The translations under genes and the position numbers were made by a program. A model generated the notes under the pieces. The model was not told the DNA's origin. It saw only the letters and a program-made list of their open reading frames with translations, and did no database searches. A DNA stretch of 52,616 nucleotides. It comes from Clostridia bacterium. Its GTDB lineage: Bacteria > Bacillota > Clostridia > Christensenellales > CAG-917. This document shows positions 46,286 through 52,616 of this stretch, piece by piece. Numbering within the stretch: the first letter of the stretch is position 1; every line of letters begins with the position of its first letter. The DNA lies in NCBI GenBank assembly GCA_900754695.1, contig CAAEDU010000054.1, positions 1 through 52,616 on the forward strand, written 5' to 3'.

Positions 46286-47319
46286 TATTTTTCCACCTCC
46301 CCGTTGAATTGTTTTAAGAACCTGACATCGTTCTCATAGAAGAGTTTGATGTTGGGGATGCCGTATTTTATCATCGCGATGCGCTCAAGCCCCAGCCCGA
46401 ATGCGAAACCGCTGTATTCCTTGCTGTCGATGCCGCACATCTCGAGCACGGCTGGGTTCACGATGCCCGCGCCGAGGATCTCCACCCAGCCCGTGCCTTT
46501 GCACACTCTGCAGCCCTTGCCGCCGCATATCGCGCAGGTGACGTCCACTTCGACGGAAGGCTCCGTGAAGGGGAAGTAGGAGGGGCGCAGACGGATCTCC
46601 GTGTCCTTGGAGAACATCTGCTGCGCAAACGCCGTGAGGCAGCCTTCGAGGTCGCCCATGGTGATGTACTTGTCCACCGCAAGCCCCTCTATCTGGTGGA
46701 AGATGGGACTGTGCGAAGCGTCGTCGTCCGAGCGATAGACCCTGCCCGGGATGACGACGCGGATAGGGGGCTTTTTCGTAGTCATCATGCGCGCCTGCAT
46801 GGGAGAAGTGTGCGTGCGCAGCACGAATGAATCGTTGACGTAAAAGGTGTCCTGCATGTCGCGTGCGGGATGATCCTTGGGGACGTTGAGGAGCTGGAAG
46901 TTGTAAAGGTCGCTCTCGATCTCGGGACCTTCCGCCACCTCGAACCCCATGCCGAGGAAGACGCGCACGATGTCCTCCCTCACCTGCGTGATGGGATGCA
47001 GCGTGCCGCACGCGGGACGCTTGCCGGGAAGAGTGACGTCCACCGCTTCCGCACTGAGGCGCGCCTGTTTCTCGCGCTCTTCCGCAGCAGCAAGTTTTTG
47101 TTCGAGAGCCGCCTCTATCTCCGTGCGGGCGATGTTGAGCACCTTGCCCATCTCGGGACGCTCCTCTTTGGAGAGCGCGCCCAAACCTTTCATGAGAGAG
47201 GTCAGCTCGCCGCTCTTTCCGAGGAAGCGCACTCTGACTTCTCCGAGCTGCTGCACGCTGTCCGCCGCGTCTATCGCGGCGAGTGCAGCCTGTTTGACAC
47301 TTTCGATCTCTGCTTTCAT
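46285..47319 (-). CDS. pheS: phenylalanine--tRNA ligase alpha subunit
   Basis: HPARDMQDTFY, FPFTEPS and GFAFGLGLERIAM. The start at 47319 has GGAG 6 nt upstream. Confidence 0.95.
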   Translation of the reverse strand: MKAEIESVKQAALAAIDAADSVQQLGEVRVRFLGKSGELTSLMKGLGALSKEERPEMGKVLNIARTEIEAALEQKLAAAEEREKQARLSAEAVDVTLPGKRPACGTLHPITQVREDIVRVFLGMGFEVAEGPEIESDLYNFQLLNVPKDHPARDMQDTFYVNDSFVLRTHTSPMQARMMTTKKPPIRVVIPGRVYRSDDDASHSPIFHQIEGLAVDKYITMGDLEGCLTAFAQQMFSKDTEIRLRPSYFPFTEPSVEVDVTCAICGGKGCRVCKGTGWVEILGAGIVNPAVLEMCGIDSKEYSGFAFGLGLERIAMIKYGIPNIKLFYENDVRFLKQFNGEVEK

Positions 47320-47371
47320 TTGAACTCCGTGCATATGCGTGCGCAGCGCGCACACGAAATATAACTTGATA

Positions 47372-47400
47372 ATCATATCAATTTTCCGCGCGACAGTCAA
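47372..47400 (-). promoter_or_regulatory. sigma-A-like promoter of pheST
   Basis: Minus strand: TTGACT, 17 nt spacer, TATGAT. This leaves a leader of only about 45 nt. Confidence 0.55.
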
Positions 47401-47455
47401 CAAAAGTAAGCGTATGATGCCGCATTTGCGGCAACTTTTTCATATAATACAGAGC

Positions 47456-48127
47456 ATGAAAGAGGTGCACGGAAGGCTGAGACCGGGGATATTCCGCATC
47501 GGAGTGGCGCTGACGCTGTTTGTGGCGGCGTTCATCTTCTGCACCGTCTATTTCCGCAGCAACATCGTCCCCACCGTCATGGGGAGCGCCGTGGCAGAGG
47601 TCAGAGCCATGTGCACCGAGACGATAAACTCTGCCGTCACCGCCGTGGTCGGAGGCGGGGTGGAATATGACGACCTCTTCTCCGTCGTGCGCGACGACGC
47701 GGGCAACATCGAGATGGTGCAGGCAAATTCGCCGGAGATAAACATGGTGGCAAGAGAGATCGCCGGGCTCGCCCAAGCCAACCTCGACGCGCTGGACCTG
47801 AAAGAGATCTCCATCCCCATCGGCACATTCACGGGACTCGCGCTCCTCACGGGTCTCGGACCCGACGTCACGATAAGCGTCATGCCGATAGGCTCCGCAC
47901 TTTGCGACTTCGTGAGCTATTTCATCGCCGCGGGCATCAACCAGACCCTGCACAAGATCTACATCGACGTTCATGCGGAGATCAACATCATCACTCCCCT
48001 CGACGAGCCCACCATAACCGTGAAAGCGGAAGTGTTGGTCGCGGAAAATCTAATCGTGGGCGAAGTGCCGGAGTTCTACTTCGGAGGCTCCATGCTGAAC
48101 GGCGGCTATCTCGACCTCACGCCCTGA
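47456..48127 (+). CDS. yunB: sporulation protein YunB
   Basis: An N-terminal TM helix, then IPIGTFTGLALLTGLGPDVTISV and GEVPEFYFGG, resembling B. subtilis YunB. The start is uncertain: no SD, and the ATG lies 8 nt after CATATAAT. Confidence 0.78.
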   Translation: MKEVHGRLRPGIFRIGVALTLFVAAFIFCTVYFRSNIVPTVMGSAVAEVRAMCTETINSAVTAVVGGGVEYDDLFSVVRDDAGNIEMVQANSPEINMVAREIAGLAQANLDALDLKEISIPIGTFTGLALLTGLGPDVTISVMPIGSALCDFVSYFIAAGINQTLHKIYIDVHAEINIITPLDEPTITVKAEVLVAENLIVGEVPEFYFGGSMLNGGYLDLTP

Positions 48128-48291
48128 CCCGCCCCGCAAGGTCGTACAACACCGGATCGGAATGACACGAACCGACCTCGAAGCAATTTTTTCCGGCACA
48201 TTGGAACAGGCGAAACTTGCCGAAAATGTGCGGTCAAACGGGTCGCATCGATCGCACATTCTCGGCAAAAATACAAAAGCATATGCAAAAT

Positions 48292-48308
48292 AAACACCAA
48301 AGGTGTTT
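48292..48308. terminator. short hairpin between the convergent yunB and spoVAE genes
   Basis: AAACACC-aaa-GGTGTTT, with A/T-rich flanks. Confidence 0.5.
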
Positions 48309-48344
48309 AACTTCGAAGAGTGAAGAGAAAAAAGCGACATGCGG

Positions 48345-48716
48345 TCAGGTCTTTTTGCTGTGAGAGCGGAACACGAGAGAGAAAAGGAAGCCGAAGAGTA
48401 TGACCGCGGAGATGCCGGGGGCAGCGGCTTTCAGCCCTCCCGCGACGGCGCCGAGCACTCCGCCCTCTTTCGCGCCCTTTATGGCGCCCTTTGCAAGACT
48501 GCTCCCGAACCCCGTGATGGGCACCGTGACGCCCGCGGCGGCAAAATCCTTCATATAGCCGAACACTCCGACGGCTTCCAGCACCAGCCCGAGCAGCATG
48601 AAAGTGACGAGTATACGCGCGGAAGACATCTCCGTCTTGTTGATGAGCAGTTGACCGAGCGCGCAGAGAGCTCCGCCCACCGCAAAAACTTTAAGATAAG
48701 TCAAAAATACTTCCAT
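48345..48716 (-). CDS. spoVAE: stage V sporulation protein AE (SpoVAEB-like)
   Basis: FAVGGALCALGQLL and VPITGFGSSLAKGA resemble SpoVAEB. Confidence 0.88.
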   Translation of the reverse strand: MEVFLTYLKVFAVGGALCALGQLLINKTEMSSARILVTFMLLGLVLEAVGVFGYMKDFAAAGVTVPITGFGSSLAKGAIKGAKEGGVLGAVAGGLKAAAPGISAVILFGFLFSLVFRSHSKKT

Positions 48717-48951
48717 TTCCTCACTTCCCTCGGCTCATTTAGCGGTGCACACGCCTCTTGCCGCGGTACTTTTCGGCAACTCGGTCCGCGGGGATGCCGC
48801 CACGGGCACTACAGGGCTTTGCGCCGACTGCGTTTGCACCTGCTTTGCGACCGCAGGGGCTCAGCCGCGGCATATGCGCAAAACGCCGAAACTATTCTCA
48901 TTATCGCCGTTTAGTATAATACTTTTGGGCGTTTTCGAGAGTACTCCCCTT

Positions 48952-50175
48952 TTACATCGGCTCACTTTCGGCGACAAATGCGTGGCTCACGGCGGGAATA
49001 GTCTCCTTTTGCAGAGGGGTATCCTTGTTGAGCAGGGCGCCCGTCGCAAGCACGAGCACGCGCCGCATGCTTCCTTTTTCGAGTTCCTTTGCGATCATCG
49101 CGTTGAACACCGTGTTCACGCACCCCGCACCCGAACCGCCCTGAAAGGTCTTCTGACGCGGCAGATAAAACTCCGCGCCGCAGTCCCGATGCTTGTCGCC
49201 GAGGGACACGCCCTCCCGCGAAAGCAGTTGATCGAACGCTTCTTTGCCGAACCTGCCGAGGTCTCCCGTGAATATGGCGTCGTAGTCGGAGGGCGAGGTG
49301 CCCGTATCCTCGAAATGCGCGATGAGGGTGTCTGCCGCAGCCGGCGCCATCGCTCCGCCCATGTTGCTCTCGTCGTCGATGCCGAAGTCCACCACTTTCC
49401 CGAACGTCCCGCCGGAGATCCTTATCACGTGCGTGCGGCGGTAATTTTCGTCCGCGACGGGCTCTTGCAGCGTTTGGGGGCGGAATTTTGCCTTGATCCT
49501 GCGCGCAAATCCGGAAAAAACGCCGTTTTTGCAGAACGGGTCGCATTTGCCGTCCCCTTCGCCCTCTCTTTTCAGGCACTCCTCCCGCATATTCCTCATC
49601 CGTTCGGCAAAATCCCGCCTGTTGCGCGCGTCCTCCTCCGCGGTCGGGCGTCTCGCCCCGAGCACGGTGCAGCCCGCTCCCGTCACCGTCCATTGCGAAG
49701 TGGGCGTACGCTGATTGCCGAGCTCCAGCGGATAGCGGTACTGCCTCTCGGCAGAGGCAAAATGGCTGGATGTCGAACAAGCCACGGTGTCCGCCGCGCC
49801 GCCGCTTATCAGCGCCGTACCGATGAGCATCCCTTCACTGAACGTGGAACAGGCGTTGTATAGCCCCGCGAACGGCACTTTGAAATATCGCATCGCGAAC
49901 CCCGACGCACTGAGTTCGTTCAGAAGGTCGCCCGCAAACATGAGATCGACGCCGTCACGCTCCTCGCCCGCGAGGCACATCGCGCCCCTCACCGCTTCGC
50001 GGTGCATCTTGCTCTCCGCCTTTTCGTAGGAGCGCTCCCCCCACAGGTCGTCCGAAAGCACGGTGTCGAAGAGCGCGCCGAAAGCGCCGTCCCCCTCTTT
50101 GGGTCCCACTACGGTGTAGGACGAGCGCACATAGACCGGTCTTTCCGCCCTGAAACTCTGCCGTCCCGTCTTCAT
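48952..50175 (-). CDS. spoVAD: stage V sporulation protein AD with a lineage-specific insertion of about 72 aa
   Basis: GPKEGDG, AGDLLN, ACSTFSEG, NMGGAMAPAAADT and GGSGAGC match SpoVAD. The start at 50175 has GAGGG upstream. Confidence 0.9.
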   Translation of the reverse strand: MKTGRQSFRAERPVYVRSSYTVVGPKEGDGAFGALFDTVLSDDLWGERSYEKAESKMHREAVRGAMCLAGEERDGVDLMFAGDLLNELSASGFAMRYFKVPFAGLYNACSTFSEGMLIGTALISGGAADTVACSTSSHFASAERQYRYPLELGNQRTPTSQWTVTGAGCTVLGARRPTAEEDARNRRDFAERMRNMREECLKREGEGDGKCDPFCKNGVFSGFARRIKAKFRPQTLQEPVADENYRRTHVIRISGGTFGKVVDFGIDDESNMGGAMAPAAADTLIAHFEDTGTSPSDYDAIFTGDLGRFGKEAFDQLLSREGVSLGDKHRDCGAEFYLPRQKTFQGGSGAGCVNTVFNAMIAKELEKGSMRRVLVLATGALLNKDTPLQKETIPAVSHAFVAESEPM

Positions 50176-50182
50176 ACCGCCC

Positions 50183-50620
50183 TCACACGAAAAGGTGGAT
50201 GACGCCCACGACCACCCCGGAGACCACTCCGAACACGATGATGGGCCCCGCGATGACGAACATCTTCGCGCATACGCCGAAGAACACGCCTTCGCGGTTG
50301 AACTCGAGCGCGGGCGACACCACGGAGTTGGCAAACCCCGTGATCGGGATGATGGAACCTCCTCCCGCGACTCGTCCCAGCCTGTCGTACACCCCGAGAG
50401 CGGTGAAAAAGGCGCCGAGAAAGATCATGATGACCGTCGTCCAACTGCCGATCTCCTCCTCGGTGAGCGCGGGGAACAGCGCTTCCACGCCGTCGTGCAC
50501 CCCCTGTCCGACGCAGCAGATGAGCCCGCCCACGGCGAATGCGGCGATGAGCGAGCGCCACATCGGGGATTTGGGCGCATTCTTTTTGACATACTCGCGG
50601 TATTCCGCCTTATCCGTCAT
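50183..50620 (-). CDS. spoVAC: stage V sporulation protein AC
   Basis: YVKKNAPKSPMWRSLIAAFAVGGLICCVGQ and IPITGFANS. Confidence 0.9.
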   Translation of the reverse strand: MTDKAEYREYVKKNAPKSPMWRSLIAAFAVGGLICCVGQGVHDGVEALFPALTEEEIGSWTTVIMIFLGAFFTALGVYDRLGRVAGGGSIIPITGFANSVVSPALEFNREGVFFGVCAKMFVIAGPIIVFGVVSGVVVGVIHLFV

Positions 50621-50702
50621 TTCTTTCCCTGCCTTCGGGACGCACCGCCTCCTCCTGCGTCTCCGCCGCGAAGAAGATCTCGCTCGTCTCGGGATTTTCC
50701 GT

Positions 50703-50732
50703 AAAAAAAACGTCCACGACCTAAGTGTGGAC
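50703..50732 (-). terminator. strong intrinsic terminator between sigF and spoVAC
   Basis: Minus strand: GTCCAC-acttaggtc-GTGGAC, then G followed by eight T. Confidence 0.75.
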
Positions 50733-50807
50733 ATAATCGCGGATAATATTCCATCCCGCTCCCGCGCCTAAATGCGCCGCTTGCAAAAACGGCGCCGCAC
50801 GGCGGCG

Positions 50808-51518
50808 TCACTCCATCTTTTCCCGCATTTTGGCGAGGATCTTGCTCTCCAGCCTGCTCACCTGCACCTGCGATACGCCGAGTTCCGCCGCGACTTCGCT
50901 CTGCGTCTTGTCGCGGAAATAGCGCAAAATGATGAGCTTGCGCTCCCTTTCGGGAAGTGCGCGGATGTTGTCGCGGAGCATCAGCCCGTCGATGTCCTCT
51001 TCGGGGGCTCGTGCGCCGACAAGCCTGTCTCCGAGAGGGGTGCCGTCCTCCTCGCCCGTCTCGTTCAGCGACACGACGAACCGTCCCGTGTCCAGCGCGA
51101 ACACAACGTCGCCCGTATCGCAGCCGAATTTTTCGGCGAGCTCCTCTACGGTGGGCTCGGGAAGGTTCTTTTTCAGCCTGTCGTCGGTGTATGCCGCGAT
51201 CTTTCCCGCCAGCGCCTTCGCCCATCTCGAGACCTTCACCGCGCCGTCGTCGCGCAGAAAACGCTTGATCTCGCCCATGATCATGGGCACCGCATAGGTC
51301 GAAAAGCGCACCCCGTACGCCTCGTCAAACCCCGCGACCGCCTTCAGAAAACCCATCGCGCCGAGCTGCATCAGATCGTCGTATTCCAGCCTGCCCTTAA
51401 AGCGCTTGACGACGGAGCGGATGAGAGGCAGGTTTTCCTCCACAAGGCGTTCTTTTGCGCTCTCTTCGCCCTCCTGCGCCCGCTTTATGAGCCCGAGCGT
51501 CTCCTCATGACCGAGCAT
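50808..51518 (-). CDS. sigF: sporulation sigma factor SigF
   Basis: Region 2 is YDDLMQLGAMGFLKAVAGFD...FSTYAVPMIMGEIKRFLRD. Region 4 is QSEVAAELGVSQVQVSRLE. It sits in spoIIA operon context. Confidence 0.93.
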   Translation of the reverse strand: MLGHEETLGLIKRAQEGEESAKERLVEENLPLIRSVVKRFKGRLEYDDLMQLGAMGFLKAVAGFDEAYGVRFSTYAVPMIMGEIKRFLRDDGAVKVSRWAKALAGKIAAYTDDRLKKNLPEPTVEELAEKFGCDTGDVVFALDTGRFVVSLNETGEEDGTPLGDRLVGARAPEEDIDGLMLRDNIRALPERERKLIILRYFRDKTQSEVAAELGVSQVQVSRLESKILAKMREKME

Positions 51519-51951
51519 TCCCGCCCATCCTCTTCCGCATCACGACGGTGGTGCCGCGCCCGGGTTCGGACTCCACCTTCATGTCGTCCATAAACGTCTC
51601 GATGACGGTGAAACCCATGCCGCTGCGCTCGTCGTCGGGCTTGGTGGTGAAAAAGGGTTCGAGCGCGCGCGGGACGTCCTCGATGCCCTTGCCGAAGTCG
51701 CGTACGCTCACGGTGAGCGTCCCGCCGTCGTCGATGTCGGCGCAGATCTCGATGAGATTCTCCTCTCTCTCCTCGTCGTAGGCATGCACGACGGCATTCG
51801 TCACCGCTTCGCTCACGGCGGTCTTGATGTCGCTGAGCTCGCTCAAAGTCGGCTCGCACTCCACCGCGAACCCCGCAACGGCGTTACGCGCGAAACTCTC
51901 GTTTTTCCCGTAGGCGGGGATCTGCATCTTCATATGGTTTCCCGTCATCAT
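51505..51951 (-). CDS. spoIIAB: anti-sigma F factor (serine kinase SpoIIAB)
   Basis: NESFARNAVAGFA, SEAVTNAVVHAY, and FTTKPDDERSGMGFTVIETFMDD. Confidence 0.93.
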   Translation of the reverse strand: MMTGNHMKMQIPAYGKNESFARNAVAGFAVECEPTLSELSDIKTAVSEAVTNAVVHAYDEEREENLIEICADIDDGGTLTVSVRDFGKGIEDVPRALEPFFTTKPDDERSGMGFTVIETFMDDMKVESEPGRGTTVVMRKRMGGNARS

Positions 51952-52256
51952 CTCACCTTCTCCACAACGGTATATACGCCGCTCATCCTGAACACCCTGT
52001 CCACCTGCGGCGGCACGTCTTTGAGGCGCAATACGCCGCCCGACGCGCTCAGTTTTTTGTATCGCCCGAGAATGAGCCCGAGCCCCGTACTGTCCACAAA
52101 CGAAACATCTTTGAGGTCAAAGACCACCTCGCGGGGCTTCTCTCTTTCCATCTCGGCGTCCAGCTCCGTCCTCAGCGTGCGGCAGGCGAACTCGTCGATG
52201 TCGCCCTTGAAAAACACGGTCAGCCGACCGCGCTCGTGTCTGCATTCGATGCTCAT
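51948..52256 (-). CDS. spoIIAA: anti-sigma F factor antagonist (STAS, SpoIIAA)
   Basis: The phospho-serine context DLKDVSFVDSTGLGLILG. 102 aa, at the head of the operon. Confidence 0.9.
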   Translation of the reverse strand: MSIECRHERGRLTVFFKGDIDEFACRTLRTELDAEMEREKPREVVFDLKDVSFVDSTGLGLILGRYKKLSASGGVLRLKDVPPQVDRVFRMSGVYTVVEKVR

Positions 52257-52375
52257 ATGTCCTCCAAGCGCATACTACACCATCCCGAAACGCGCATTTT
52301 GAGAGCTTTCGCCGCTTTTCTTCCCTCGGGGGCGCAAATTGTCAATAAATTCTCGCAAAATCCCTCGCAAAAAAG

Positions 52376-52404
52376 TTGACATTCTTCCGCCCGTATTGTA
52401 TATT
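52376..52404 (+). promoter_or_regulatory. sigma-A-like promoter for the tRNA genes
   Basis: TTGACA, 17 nt spacer, TATATT, 29 nt upstream of tRNA-Pro. Confidence 0.55.
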
Positions 52405-52432
52405 GTCATAGTCACGAATTGATCCCGGCTCA

Positions 52433-52509
52433 CGGGGTGTGGCGCAGCTTGGTAGCGCACATGGTTTGGGACCATGGGGTCGGAAGTTCGAATCTTCTCA
52501 CCCCGACCA
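52433..52509 (+). tRNA. tRNA-Pro (anticodon TGG), CCA encoded
   Basis: Acceptor CGGGGTG/CACCCCG, anticodon stem-loop CATGG-TTTGGGA-CCATG, T-arm GGTTCGAATCT-like, 3' ACCA. Confidence 0.93.
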
Positions 52510-52540
52510 AAACTCGTGACGATGGGATACACCCGGATGA

Positions 52541-52616
52541 GGGCCTTTAGCTCAGTTGGTTAGAGCGGTCGGCTCATAACCGATTGGTCCGCGGTTCGAG
52601 TCCGTGAAGGCCCACC
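52541..52616 (+). tRNA. tRNA with CAT anticodon (Met, or lysidine-type Ile2), truncated by 1 nt at the window edge
   Basis: Acceptor GGGCCTT/AAGGCCC, anticodon loop CTCATAA, T-loop GGTTCGAGTCC. The body resembles Ile tRNAs. Confidence 0.85.

Noticed and set aside
47320-47455. A T-box riboswitch upstream of pheS.
   Set aside because: The region is only 136 nt and is shared with the divergent yunB gene. The promoter leaves a leader of about 45 nt, and no T-box or specifier features are visible.
50621-50807. A sigma-G promoter for spoVA between sigF and spoVAC.
   Set aside because: GAATA-N18-CACTTAG is a partial match, but its -10 lies inside the strong terminator hairpin. The 80 nt between the terminator and the ATG contain no CATnnTA. 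I cannot support a call.
52257-52375. A sigma-H promoter and Spo0A boxes upstream of spoIIAA.
   Set aside because: The only loose matches are AGGGAAGAAAA with GCGAAAG at the wrong spacing, and TTGACAA in place of TGTCGAA. This is not sufficient.
52275-52532. The 85-aa ORF on the minus strand.
   Set aside because: It overlaps tRNA-Pro and its promoter. It has no RBS or motif.

Overview
High-GC genome segment (about 62% G+C in an infB line I counted) from an endospore-forming Firmicute, probably Clostridia. It is almost entirely conserved housekeeping and sporulation genes. The left 25 kb holds 25 CDS, all on the + strand: an ABC exporter, ruvX, rpsB-tsf-pyrH-frr-uppS-cdsA-dxr-rseP-ispG, a PolC-like exonuclease, rimP-nusA-ylxR-ylxQ-infB-rbfA-nrnA-truB-ribF and an endonuclease IV-like gene. 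The right 25 kb holds 19 CDS, 17 of them on the - strand: ynbB-like, miaA, mutL, mutS, miaB, a class A PBP (+), thiI, cysteine desulfurase, mutS2, pheST, yunB (+), spoVAE/AD/AC and sigF-spoIIAB-spoIIAA. Two tRNAs follow at the right edge. The only accessory-looking stretch is an ORF-poor, lower-GC island of about 2.6 kb (25.2-27.9 kb) at the point where the two gene blocks converge. It contains a leaderless XRE-type regulator. It also contains three tandem paralogous structured RNAs of about 110 nt, each with its own sigma-A-like promoter and intrinsic terminator; I cannot assign them to a family. Beyond them lie an 11-bp-arm palindrome, a phased A/T tract and three degenerate tandem repeats with an exact 69-bp period, rich in TTTGCG. 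Other notable points: mutL carries an out-of-frame internal deletion of about 40 codons. The conserved polC position holds a polymerase-less NTD-OB-exonuclease protein. MutS2 lacks its Smr domain. SpoVAD has an insertion of about 72 aa. No hfq follows miaA. All identifications are by eye from the translations; no database search was run.
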